From Candidatus Undinarchaeota archaeon (lineage in GTDB: Archaea > Undinarchaeota > Undinarchaeia > Undinarchaeales > JALTGF01), in NCBI GenBank assembly GCA_964574035.1, contig CAZNLD010000001.1, forward strand, positions 16,220-80,219: a DNA stretch of 64,000 nt. Direction: 5' to 3'. This document shows, in pieces, positions 27,747 through 36,749 of this stretch; position 1 is the first letter of the stretch, and each line of letters starts with the position of its first letter. The notes beneath the pieces are model-generated. The model was not told where the DNA came from. It did not search any database and saw nothing but the letters and a program-made list of their open reading frames with translations. A program made the translations under genes and the position numbers.

Positions 27747-29342
27747 CTACTTCTTTTTTACTTTCTTAACCAGCTTCTTAACTTCTTTTTTCCTGATCTT
27801 TTCAAGCTCTTTCTTTTCTTTCTTGGTAAGCTTGCCTTCTTCCTCAAGCTTTTCAAGCTTTTCAAATGCCGATTCTGCTTCCTGTTTAGGTTTCTCTTTC
27901 TTTTTCCATTCAGATTTTGTAAGCTCCGGATGAGGATAACTTGGGACAGGATATCTCTTCAGATAGTCTTGAAGAACGTACAAGAGAGCATACCCGGGGC
28001 CCATGAATATCAAAACCAGGAGACTTCCTAAAATTATTGAAAGACCCCATGTTGCTGTTATAAAGGAGTAGATAGTTCCTCCTGTAATTAGCAGAAGCAG
28101 AGCCCAGATGTATGAAGGCCTTAAAACTAAATGATAATTCCACCAGAGTGAAGCAATTCCATATGTTAACTTTCTCATTGTTTTTACATATTTGTCTCTT
28201 CCAAGAAGTCTGATAAGAGATTTTTCCATATAGAAATAAATTATGTCTCTCTTGAAGCGGTATAAATCGTAAGCATTGAAAATATCTCCGTAAACGGCGC
28301 TCATTTTGAATCCGCTCCATTCAGTATCCTCCCACGCATTCTTTACAATGGGTCTATAGAAGTAATGGAACTTCCACCAAGGATAATAAATTAATTCTCT
28401 TCCAGTAATTACAATATCTTCCGGTTTGCATTTTTCAACGTAGGATATCCACTGGATTGCTGCAAGTTTTGCTTCATGTTTTTCCATGGCAGGCCTGTAA
28501 ACAACAAAATTTACTCCTGCAGGCAATTTTGGTTTCTTTATTTTTACTCTTGGAACCATGTGTGTTGATTCCACTGTGTGAATTGCTTCAACTCCAAAAT
28601 AAGCTTCTTTTAATGGTTTAGTGGTGTCCATTTCAGGTTTTATGTCTGTCCAGGAGTCAACCTGACCTGTCAAGGCATTTAAACCGAAATAGCCCTGCTT
28701 CATTTCTGTTTCTCCTTTTTTGGGAGTTACATAATATGAAATTTTCCAGTAAGGTTCATATGCAAGCTCTTTGTTTAAAAACCAAACAGCATCATAATTT
28801 ATGAAAAGCATCTTCTCGAACCACCACTTCAGCTTCCACCTTACTTTTTCGTAATCCCAGTAAACAGGATAAGCAGGAGAGTTGAACCACCATTTGTCCT
28901 TTGTCATGGCTTTTCCGAGGAGTTCCTGTACTTTGCCGGGAGTCATGATATTTACATTTGCAGGAACACCTGCTTCATGAGCCTCCGGTGTGGCTCCGGT
29001 AACTGTAAGTAAAAGTGCAGAGTGGGCGTTAGACTGCTCCCTGATTTGTCCCAAATGTTCAACATCAGAAGGCGTTACTGGTTCGTTGCCTCTTTTATAT
29101 CTTACAATAATTCTTCCGAAAGGTCTTTCAATATCCTTCTTTTCGGCTAAAACATCAACTTTATAAACAATTCCTTCCTCTTCCTTCTTGGGCATTTTTG
29201 CAAGCTCATCAAGTTTGCCAGTTTCCCTTTCAAGAGGAGCAGTGGTTATCTTTCCCCCGACAATCCCTACATTCCTCCTGGTTTCGTACCCGTACATGTT
29301 CAGGAGCTCTTCGGTGAAGTCGAGAAGTGTATTGATATCCAT
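27747..29342 (-). CDS. Membrane protein with an N-terminal Mrr-like restriction-endonuclease-fold domain, a W/Y-rich central region, C-terminal TM helices and a Lys-rich coiled tail.
   Basis: N-terminus FTEELLNMYGYE...GIVYKVDVLA...RIIVRYKRGNEPVTPSDVEHL...LLLTVTGATPEA matches the Mrr_cat pattern. Two to three TM segments near residues 410-470. KK/EE-rich tail. Confidence 0.5.
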   Translation of the reverse strand: MDINTLLDFTEELLNMYGYETRRNVGIVGGKITTAPLERETGKLDELAKMPKKEEEGIVYKVDVLAEKKDIERPFGRIIVRYKRGNEPVTPSDVEHLGQIREQSNAHSALLLTVTGATPEAHEAGVPANVNIMTPGKVQELLGKAMTKDKWWFNSPAYPVYWDYEKVRWKLKWWFEKMLFINYDAVWFLNKELAYEPYWKISYYVTPKKGETEMKQGYFGLNALTGQVDSWTDIKPEMDTTKPLKEAYFGVEAIHTVESTHMVPRVKIKKPKLPAGVNFVVYRPAMEKHEAKLAAIQWISYVEKCKPEDIVITGRELIYYPWWKFHYFYRPIVKNAWEDTEWSGFKMSAVYGDIFNAYDLYRFKRDIIYFYMEKSLIRLLGRDKYVKTMRKLTYGIASLWWNYHLVLRPSYIWALLLLITGGTIYSFITATWGLSIILGSLLVLIFMGPGYALLYVLQDYLKRYPVPSYPHPELTKSEWKKKEKPKQEAESAFEKLEKLEEEGKLTKKEKKELEKIRKKEVKKLVKKVKKK

Positions 29343-29388
29343 TTACAGTATCTTTAAGTATGTTCTTGATATTTATATTTTAGTAAAG

Positions 29389-30465
29389 ATGAAAAAGGTA
29401 GAGGAAAAAGAAATAAAACTGAAAATTCCGGAAAACCACAGGAAGCCGGAAAAATCAGAAGTTTTTTATAATCCAGAGATGGAAATGAATCGGTCTCTTT
29501 CTGTCGCTTCTGCTAAAGTTTATTTTGAGAATAAGAAAATTAAAATTCTGGATCCTTTTTCTGCAACCGGAATCAGGGCCATTAGGTATGCAAAAGAGCT
29601 GGAAGGAACAGTTCTTGCTTCTGATATAAGTCAAAAGGCAGTAGATTTGACTGAAAAAAATGCATATCTGAATGGTGTTGAAATTGAAACAGAAAGAGAA
29701 AAAGCAAATGTAATTCTTAACAGAGCTTATTTCGATTTGATCGATATTGATCCTTTTGGAAGTCCGGCTCCTTTTTTGCAGGCGGCTTCCAAAGCGCTTA
29801 AAAATAATGGGATGCTTGGAATTACTGCAACAGATGCAACTGCTTTATGCGGAGTTTATCCAAAAGTTTGTCTTAGGAACTATGGGGCTGTTCCTTTAAG
29901 AACTGAATACTGCCACGAAATCGCAATGAGAATTTTAATTGGATATACTGTGAAAGAAGCGGCTGTTTATGAAAAAGCAGTTGAACCACTGCTGGTTTTT
30001 AATGACAAACATTATTTCAGACTTCAGCTGAAAATAAGAAAAGGAGCAAAAAGAGCAAATAACTGTCTTGATAAAATTGGTAATATCTACCACTGTTTTA
30101 ACTGCGGAGCAAGGAAAATGGAAAAAGGCAGATTTGTAAAAAAAGAAAAATGTAAATGCGGGGAGAAATTTGAAATTGGCGGACCGGTCTGGACCGGAAA
30201 ATTATTCGATCCTAAGTTTTGTAAGAAGATTTTATTTGAAGTTGAAGGAAATAAAGAACTTGAAAAGCAGACTAGATTGATGATTGAAGAAGCAGGGCAT
30301 GAGCCTCTTTTTTATGATGTTCATGAAGTTTTTAGAGGAAGTTCAATTCCAAAACTTGAAAAAATTATTGAAAAACTGAAAGAAAAAGGATTTAAAGCAA
30401 GCAGAACTCACTTTTCGCCGGTCGGAATTAGAACGGATGCAGAAATATCAGATATTAGATGCTAG
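29389..30465 (+). CDS. trm1: tRNA (guanine26-N2)-dimethyltransferase Trm1.
   Basis: TRM1 family. DPFGSPAPFL motif and a Cys-cluster insertion. The start is the internal ATG (MKKVEEK); the upstream part of the ORF overlaps the divergent gene. Confidence 0.8.
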   Translation: MKKVEEKEIKLKIPENHRKPEKSEVFYNPEMEMNRSLSVASAKVYFENKKIKILDPFSATGIRAIRYAKELEGTVLASDISQKAVDLTEKNAYLNGVEIETEREKANVILNRAYFDLIDIDPFGSPAPFLQAASKALKNNGMLGITATDATALCGVYPKVCLRNYGAVPLRTEYCHEIAMRILIGYTVKEAAVYEKAVEPLLVFNDKHYFRLQLKIRKGAKRANNCLDKIGNIYHCFNCGARKMEKGRFVKKEKCKCGEKFEIGGPVWTGKLFDPKFCKKILFEVEGNKELEKQTRLMIEEAGHEPLFYDVHEVFRGSSIPKLEKIIEKLKEKGFKASRTHFSPVGIRTDAEISDIRC

Positions 30466-30565
30466 ATAATCGATATAAATGGACAATCGATAATAGATGA
30501 TAGAACATCGATAATCGACAGTTAGACAAGTTGTAGTGTTAATAAACATCTACCAGCAGCTGCCA
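30466..30565. repeat. Copy B of the dispersed repeat, in inverted orientation relative to copy A. About 90 bp are alignable, including the core CTACCAGCAGCTGCC (30550-30564), with AATCGAT-type heptamers on the left.
   Basis: The reverse complement of 23760-23850 aligns with 30470-30565 (…atcgacagttagacaaRYtgtaR…ataaaYaYctaccagcagctgcc). Confidence 0.6.
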
Positions 30566-30593
30566 GCTCAACCATTTTCCCTTGGCCAATACT

Positions 30594-30722
30594 ACCAGTT
30601 CAAATAATTCAAATAATCCGTACCACCCGTCCAAATTATCCGGCGAATTCACACTGCCAGTTCAAATTACTTGAATAGCTCAAAACACCAGCTCGAATTA
30701 CTCAGCGAGCTCAAACTACCTA
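30594..30722. repeat. Degenerate direct repeats (units CAGTTCAAATAATT / CAGTTCAAATTACT / CAGCTCGAATTACT / GAGCTCAAACTACC), including two tandem 31-bp copies at about 30658-30720.
   Basis: Read directly from the sequence, in the convergent intergenic region between trm1 and tfb. Confidence 0.5.
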
Positions 30723-30725
30723 CCT

Positions 30726-31634
30726 TCAAATAGCTTCTTCCATCTTTTCTTTCATACCGAGCTCATCAATTAATTCCTTATATCTATTCCTGATTGTAAC
30801 TTCGGTAACTCCAGCTACTTCTGCAACTTCTCTCTGCGTTCTCTTTTCTCCAGTTAGTGTAGAAGCAACATAGATTGCTGCTGCAGCTACGCCTGTCGGT
30901 CCCCTGCCGGAAACTAAATCTTTGTCCTGAGCATCTTTTAAAATTTTAATTGATTTCTGCTGGGTTTCAGGACTTAGTTTAAGTTCAGAAGCAAATCTTG
31001 GTAAATAATCAATTGGCGAAGTTGGCAATAATTTAATGCCGAGTTCTCTGGTAATAAATCTGTAAGTCCTTCCGACTTCTCTTTTCTTAACATTAGAAGC
31101 TTCTGCAATTTCATCCAAGGTTCTTGGAACCTTATGTTTTCTGCATGCTGCATATAAAGCAGCTGCAACAACTGATTCCATTGACCTTCCTCTTACCAAC
31201 CCTTTAGTAACTGCTTTTCTGTAGATTAAAGCAGTAGTCTCTCTAATGTTTTTAGGAAGTCCTAAGGCGGATGAAATCCTGTCAAGTTCTGAAAGCGCGT
31301 ATCTTAAATTTCTTTCAGTAGCTGTTGAAACCTGACTGTGCCATCTTTTTAATCTATAGAAAGAAGCTCTTTTTGAAGGTGAAAGTTTGTAAAGTGAAGA
31401 ATAGCCGTGGCTTCCGATAGAAGTTGAAAGTCCTTTGTCGTGTCTTGTATAAGTTAAGAAAGAACCCGTTCTGTCTCTTTTCTTTTTCTGTTCATAGTTG
31501 AATGCTCTCCATTCCTGGCTTCTGTCAATCTGCCTCTCTTCAAGAACCAAACCACACTTTGCACAGATCTTTTCAGCTCGTCTTGGATCTGTCTTGAACT
31601 TTTTTGAACCGCATTCAGGACAAGTGTCCGCCAT
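30726..31634 (-). CDS. tfb: Transcription initiation factor IIB (TFB).
   Basis: 302 aa. N-terminal zinc ribbon CPECG...CAKCG. Two cyclin-like repeats. C-terminal HTH. Confidence 0.9.
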   Translation of the reverse strand: MADTCPECGSKKFKTDPRRAEKICAKCGLVLEERQIDRSQEWRAFNYEQKKKRDRTGSFLTYTRHDKGLSTSIGSHGYSSLYKLSPSKRASFYRLKRWHSQVSTATERNLRYALSELDRISSALGLPKNIRETTALIYRKAVTKGLVRGRSMESVVAAALYAACRKHKVPRTLDEIAEASNVKKREVGRTYRFITRELGIKLLPTSPIDYLPRFASELKLSPETQQKSIKILKDAQDKDLVSGRGPTGVAAAAIYVASTLTGEKRTQREVAEVAGVTEVTIRNRYKELIDELGMKEKMEEAI

Positions 31635-31885
31635 TATTCTTCCTCTTTTAAGTAAAGTTCTTTGCCTTTGGTTTTCTTTAAATTAGATTTTACCGGTTTT
31701 ACTGACAAATATGGTTTTTTAACCGGTCCGAAAACATCTTTGACTAGACCGACTTTCTGTAATTTTTCATCTACCAATTCTTTATTAACAAAATTGACTG
31801 CCTTCTGAAGCTCAAAATGAGAGTCAGCCTCTAGAATTAAGTCTTTGCCCTTTGAAGAATTGATAATTTTGCCTACTTTTTCCAT
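31634..31885 (-). CDS. gar1: H/ACA RNP component Gar1.
   Basis: 83 aa. [22 protein letters not shown]-type Gar1 barrel. The gar1-tfb gene order is conserved in archaea. Confidence 0.55.
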   Translation of the reverse strand: MEKVGKIINSSKGKDLILEADSHFELQKAVNFVNKELVDEKLQKVGLVKDVFGPVKKPYLSVKPVKSNLKKTKGKELYLKEEE

Positions 31886-31975
31886 GAGATTTATATATGA
31901 GTAAAAAAAGTGATATATAAATGTTTTGGTTTTATGAATTCTTTTCCATATAGTAAATAAATAAGCTTTTTAAAT

Positions 31976-34900
31976 TTATCTGTTTCTAACCCTGACAACA
32001 TACCAGCCGCCTATGAGCGAAATAAAACCTAAGATTGCTACTAGATAGCCGTAAATTTTACCTGCTCCAAAAGCAGTTAAAAACCCGGTTGGACCTTCTT
32101 CAGTTTGGTTTTCTCCCTGATTTTCCTCTTCTGCTGGAGTGGTCTCCGACTCTTCTGAGGACGGTTCCTCTGGCTCGGTTCCAGCAGACTGGGTAGAGTT
32201 TGTCTCTTCCTCTTCTACTGGTTCTTCTTCACTAAAACTTCCTGAATAGCCTCCTCCTCCTCCGCCACCGGAGCTTCCGCTTCCACTTGAACCGCCATTG
32301 TTTGAAGAATCGCCGTCCTCGGCGTTATTTTCTTCTTCAGACGTGTTGATAAGTAAAGAATAGTTACTGCTTTTAACAAAATTCTTCCCGTCGACTGCCT
32401 CAATCCAGTAGGAGTAAATGCCATCAGTTAAATTCAAACTTTCTGGAATAATAAGCTTTGAAAGAGTGCTGTTTTTAATGCTATTATTCAAAGAAACATT
32501 GGTTCCATTCAGGAAAAGAACAGCTGAAAGAGTTCCCTGTTCTTCATCAATTAATTTGAATTTTATTTCAGCTGATGTCTTGTTAGTAGTTATGTTAGTT
32601 GTATTCATTTCAATTACAGGCGGGTTGTTTTTAACTCGGAATAAATGCCTTGGATAAGTATGAACCATTTTTCCGTCGTCTATTTCAAACCAATAGGAAT
32701 GATTTCCGGCTGAAAGATTTATAAGATTGAATTCGGCCGGAGTTCCATTTTCTGCAGTTAAATTTAAGCTTGAATTTTCTCCATCTAAAAATAAAGTGAC
32801 ATTGAACTCTCCATCATCCTTATCAGTAATTTTGAAACCCAGAGTTATATTTTCATAAGTTATAGTAGAGTTATTAACCATACTTATATTCAGTTCAGGA
32901 ACTGAACAAATCGTAATTAGACGTATTGGTGAAACTGAATTGTTAATTCTGTCGCCTGCTTTTATCCAAAAAGAATATCTGCCCGGTTCCAATCCCTCTC
33001 TTGGAATTAATGAAACGGAAGTATTGTTTGGAATTGTTTCATCTGAATCAACAGAAGAATTATTGAACAAAAGCTCAGCAGAAAGAGTTTCATTTTCTAT
33101 GTCCGAAAGCTTGAAAAATATTTCAGGAGTTGAATTTGAGGTAATAGTATTATTTTCTGTTTCAATTTGTATTTCTGGCGGGTCATTTATTACTTCAAAA
33201 GAATATCTCTCTGAAACGCCAGTTAAATCGGAATCATCTGCTTCAATCCAGTAAAAGTGTTTTCCTAATGAAGCAGATGCGGATATGTTTGCTTCAGTGT
33301 TGTTTTTAATTGAAGCCCTGCTCCCTTTTTCTTTGCCGTCTATGAAAAGAACAGCATCAGTAATATTTTGCTCTAGGTCAACTACTTTAAAATCAAATGA
33401 ATTTTCTTTTGAATGAGTTTTAGTTTCGTTTTCCTCTAAAATTTCGATTTCCGGTGCAGTATTAATTAATCTGTACTTTCCTGAAATTTCATAAAGGATT
33501 GGAGTTGAATTTCCATTTCCCTTGAAATTAATTTTAATTTTAAAAGGGCCGGTTACATTGTCAAAACTTCCAGAAGTCAAATCCGGATTTTTTATAGATA
33601 GATTATTTCCATTAACCAAATCATAGGAATACTCTGCAAGAAGCTCTTCTGAGGTCGAATTTACAAATTTAACTGATGAAATAAAATTCTCATAATCCCC
33701 TGAATATTTAAAAGTAGATTCAAGGAGTTTCATTTCATCCGGAACATTAAGTTCAGAGGAAGTCCATTCCCCGCTTTCCATATAAATAAGAGGAGGGTCT
33801 GAAATTTGAGCGTTCTTTATCAGATAATTTGAAAACCTAGCACCAGGGCCGTCTGCTCTTTTGGGAGACCTATATGAAAATTCAATTTTTCCTTCGCCAT
33901 TTGAACCCGTATCTGAAATATTTCCAATTATTTTCCAAGAATTGTTGTTTATCTTGTAATAACCGAAAAAATCATCTTCCTTTCTTTCTATTTTCAAAAA
34001 GAGTTTATCCCCATTGAATATTTTATTTGGATAAATCAATTTACTCTTTTTCTCAGTATTAAAACCGTCCCTTACAGTCATTTGAACATGTGTTCTATTA
34101 TATGAAACAGCTGAAAAACTCATTCTGCCTTCAGTAAATATCAATCCAGCTTGATAATCTGAAAGTTCATTTGGGTCAGGAGGAGGGAATATCGGTACAG
34201 GAGCCAGCGAGATGAAGCCTGAAATTTTTGCCATTGACAATAAATTATTTGGAGCTGAAAATACTCCTTTAAGAATTGAACTGGCCCTGCTAATATTTGA
34301 TTCTGCAAACGGTTCATTGCCTGTGCACATCTGAGCTGGGCTTGATGATGCAGTTGCAGTGGATGTTTTTCCATTTGGGCTTTTTAAAATCCAAACTACT
34401 GCTCCTCTTTCAAAGTAAACTGAAAAATTTCCCCTCACTCTTCCAGGAGCAAAATATTCCGGCTGGCCCGCATTTTGTCCGTTTGTCTGCCCTGCAAATC
34501 GGTTGTCTATGCCAATTGGAATATAGGCAGTGCAGTTATCATTTCTGTTATAATAACCAAAATGAGCGGTATATGTTCCGTTTTCATTATGTTCAACACA
34601 CTCAAGGACAGGACTTATTTTTTTAGGAGGATCTATACAATTAGATTCATTCTCATGAGATTCGTTTTCTTCCCCATAAGGATTGTAAAATGTCCATTCA
34701 GGAATCTCGGTCTGAATGGAAAAATTACCTGAAAATTTAGATTTTAATTCTACGGAAACTGTTTTTCTATTTCGAGTAGTGTTTAAAATCAGTAAATTAT
34801 TTTCAATTCGTGTCTCTGAAAACCGCTCTTCACCACCATCATTTAGTTTCCATGTAGACATATTGTCTGTTTTAAAAGTAAAACTACTTCCCATCCTACC

Positions 34901-35104
34901 GGCGAGCTGAAGCTGATTTTTAGCTATTGAAGGGTTGTCGGTAAAAGTTTCAACTTCAAAAATGTTTGAAGAATTTGATTTAAAACCGGAATCAAAATCA
35001 GCAGTCCTGGAAATATTGAATTCTTCTTCTCCTGTTTCAGCAAGGACCGGAACTGCTAAAAATAAAAAAATAAACAACAGCACCGATATTACTTTTGACC
35101 TCAT
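31976..35104 (-). CDS. Large (1042 aa) secreted surface protein. It has a signal peptide, many NxS/T sequons and repeated beta-rich domains, then a Gly/Ser-rich linker, an acidic region and a C-terminal TM anchor.
   Basis: Signal peptide MRSKVISVLLFIFLFLAVPVLA. C-terminal ...GGSSGSGSSGGGGGGGYSGSF...LVAILGFISLIGGWYVVRVRNR. Confidence 0.6.
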   Translation of the reverse strand: MRSKVISVLLFIFLFLAVPVLAETGEEEFNISRTADFDSGFKSNSSNIFEVETFTDNPSIAKNQLQLAGRMGSSFTFKTDNMSTWKLNDGGEERFSETRIENNLLILNTTRNRKTVSVELKSKFSGNFSIQTEIPEWTFYNPYGEENESHENESNCIDPPKKISPVLECVEHNENGTYTAHFGYYNRNDNCTAYIPIGIDNRFAGQTNGQNAGQPEYFAPGRVRGNFSVYFERGAVVWILKSPNGKTSTATASSSPAQMCTGNEPFAESNISRASSILKGVFSAPNNLLSMAKISGFISLAPVPIFPPPDPNELSDYQAGLIFTEGRMSFSAVSYNRTHVQMTVRDGFNTEKKSKLIYPNKIFNGDKLFLKIERKEDDFFGYYKINNNSWKIIGNISDTGSNGEGKIEFSYRSPKRADGPGARFSNYLIKNAQISDPPLIYMESGEWTSSELNVPDEMKLLESTFKYSGDYENFISSVKFVNSTSEELLAEYSYDLVNGNNLSIKNPDLTSGSFDNVTGPFKIKINFKGNGNSTPILYEISGKYRLINTAPEIEILEENETKTHSKENSFDFKVVDLEQNITDAVLFIDGKEKGSRASIKNNTEANISASASLGKHFYWIEADDSDLTGVSERYSFEVINDPPEIQIETENNTITSNSTPEIFFKLSDIENETLSAELLFNNSSVDSDETIPNNTSVSLIPREGLEPGRYSFWIKAGDRINNSVSPIRLITICSVPELNISMVNNSTITYENITLGFKITDKDDGEFNVTLFLDGENSSLNLTAENGTPAEFNLINLSAGNHSYWFEIDDGKMVHTYPRHLFRVKNNPPVIEMNTTNITTNKTSAEIKFKLIDEEQGTLSAVLFLNGTNVSLNNSIKNSTLSKLIIPESLNLTDGIYSYWIEAVDGKNFVKSSNYSLLINTSEEENNAEDGDSSNNGGSSGSGSSGGGGGGGYSGSFSEEEPVEEEETNSTQSAGTEPEEPSSEESETTPAEEENQGENQTEEGPTGFLTAFGAGKIYGYLVAILGFISLIGGWYVVRVRNR

Positions 35105-35153
35105 TAAAAGTATATTCTAAATTAAGATATTTAAATATACCTAAAAATAAGAA

Positions 35154-35477
35154 CTACTTCTTTTTCTTTGGCTTAAGAAGTTTATGTCTTACAAAGTTTC
35201 CTTTTTTTGTTAATGCAAGTCCGGTAATATTTCCATACTTTTTGTTGTATTTTTCAACATATTCACAGGTCTTGATTAAGCCCAATTCACCAAGCTTTTT
35301 TAAAGCTGTTGAAGTATTCGCCCATGTATATCTTAATTTCTTGGCTAAAAGAGAAGTATAATAGATATTCTCCGAATCCATATGTTTTAGAATACGAAAC
35401 ATAAGCTCACTGCTACTGTCATCTAATTCATCGGCCAGTTTTTTTACATCCAACCTTTTTAGTTTTTTAATATTCAT
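35154..35477 (-). CDS. Small winged-helix transcription regulator.
   Basis: wHTH segment YTSLLAKKLRYTWANTSTALKKLGELGLIK. The start is chosen at the internal Met MNIKKLKRL; the long ORF extends to 35537. Confidence 0.45.
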   Translation of the reverse strand: MNIKKLKRLDVKKLADELDDSSSELMFRILKHMDSENIYYTSLLAKKLRYTWANTSTALKKLGELGLIKTCEYVEKYNKKYGNITGLALTKKGNFVRHKLLKPKKKK

Positions 35478-35590
35478 AGATACTACCATTCGGGCAAATA
35501 AAATAAAAACCCTTTTTATAAAATAGACAATTTCCATTTATAAGTATTTCGGAGGCAGAAATTTCGGGAAAAGCACGCGTGGAATCTTAT

Positions 35591-36049
35591 TTAGCAGCTG
35601 CCGGTAGTGCATGTGAATGAAAAGGTCTTCTCTGCTGTCGATTCGTCAGATGTAATTTTTATTGTCTTTGTTGAGGTTACATAGTTAGTGCAGTCAACTG
35701 TTGCATTAAAGTTAGTTATAGTACCTGGATCTAAACTTGAATTAGACATACCAGGCTGTATTGCATCATCAATATATATCTGCAAGTTCTTTGCTTTCTC
35801 AGTTCCTGCATTTCTTACACTGATTGTCAAATTTGAACTTCCGGCATTACAACCTAAATTATATCCTTCCACCCTTAATTGGACTTTTAAGCTCCCTAAA
35901 AGTCGTTCTGTAGTGTTTTCAGTGCTCGTTTCAATTGATGCCTGGGTCCTCTGAAGCCAGGTATAAGCTAAACCGGCAATAGAGATAGTCATCATTAAAA
36001 GGAGTATTACAGAAATTACTGGAGTTATACCTTTGTTGTTAAATAACAT
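35591..36049 (-). CDS. Archaeal type IV pilin-like protein with a class III signal peptide (DUF1628-type N-terminus).
   Basis: N-terminus MLFNNKGITPVISVILLLMMTISIAGLAYTWL (a KG-cleavage-type prepilin signal). Cys-rich C-terminus (FTCTTGSC). Confidence 0.65.
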   Translation of the reverse strand: MLFNNKGITPVISVILLLMMTISIAGLAYTWLQRTQASIETSTENTTERLLGSLKVQLRVEGYNLGCNAGSSNLTISVRNAGTEKAKNLQIYIDDAIQPGMSNSSLDPGTITNFNATVDCTNYVTSTKTIKITSDESTAEKTFSFTCTTGSC

Positions 36050-36050
36050 T

Positions 36051-36536
36051 TTAAGAGCATGAGCCTGAAGAACAGGTTATTTCAAATAATGTCTCTGAAG
36101 TTACCTGGTCGGAAGTTACTTTAATTGTTCTCGTCCTGTTTATCCAATCGGTGCAGGTTCTATTTCCTAAGTCAAATGAAGTAGTATTTCCTGGTCCTAA
36201 AGAAGTGTAATTCGATACATTAATTAGCGCATTATCTGCATAAAGCCGGAGATTCTTAACTTTTTTAGTTCCGCTGTTCCGTATATAGAAGGTCATTTCA
36301 ACATCTGAAGTTCCGCTATAACATTTTGCTTTATAGCCGTCAATACTCAGCTGAGCTTTGAAACCAGTCATTAGCTCTTCAGTAGTGTTTTCAGTACTTG
36401 ACTGAATAGATGCTTCCATCCTTTGAAGCCAGGTATAAGCAAGTCCTGCAATAGCGATCGTCATCATTAAAAGAAGAACAACTGAAATAATAGGAGTTAT
36501 TCCTTTTCTGTTCCTCAAAAAACTTCTTCTGCTCAT
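36051..36536 (-). CDS. Archaeal type IV pilin-like protein, a paralogue of the adjacent gene.
   Basis: N-terminus ...RNRKGITPIISVVLLLMMTIAIAGLAYTWL. C-terminus EITCSSGSCS. Confidence 0.65.
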   Translation of the reverse strand: MSRRSFLRNRKGITPIISVVLLLMMTIAIAGLAYTWLQRMEASIQSSTENTTEELMTGFKAQLSIDGYKAKCYSGTSDVEMTFYIRNSGTKKVKNLRLYADNALINVSNYTSLGPGNTTSFDLGNRTCTDWINRTRTIKVTSDQVTSETLFEITCSSGSCS

Positions 36537-36742
36537 AATCTCTGCTCAAACAGCTCCGTCATTTCTTCTATCATGTAGAGTATTGCAAGAAGGATTATAA
36601 TTTGTAAAGTTGTCAGGAAAATCAAGCCCATTAGAAAGCTCCCTGTTTTATAGGCTATATATGCAACGATAATCCCAAATACAAATGCAAGTATTACTGC
36701 ACCCTGTATGACTACTTTCCTATCTTGTCTATGGCTTTTCAT
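36533..36742 (-). CDS. Small two-TM membrane protein, translationally coupled to the pilin genes.
   Basis: 69 aa. ATGA overlap with the downstream pilin gene. Confidence 0.4.
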   Translation of the reverse strand: MKSHRQDRKVVIQGAVILAFVFGIIVAYIAYKTGSFLMGLIFLTTLQIIILLAILYMIEEMTELFEQRL

Positions 36743-36749
36743 TGTTTAA

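Noticed and set aside
31886-31975. GTGATAT / ATGAGTA motifs as box C/D sRNA elements
   Set aside because: They do not match RUGAUGA / CUGA with the correct spacing and terminal stem. They coincide with the TATA-box region of the gar1 promoter on the other strand.
32215-32300. GGAGGAGG/GCCACCGGAGC low-complexity DNA
   Set aside because: It encodes the Gly/Ser-rich linker (GGSSGSGSSGGGGGGG) of the large surface protein. It is a coding simple-sequence tract, not an independent repeat element.
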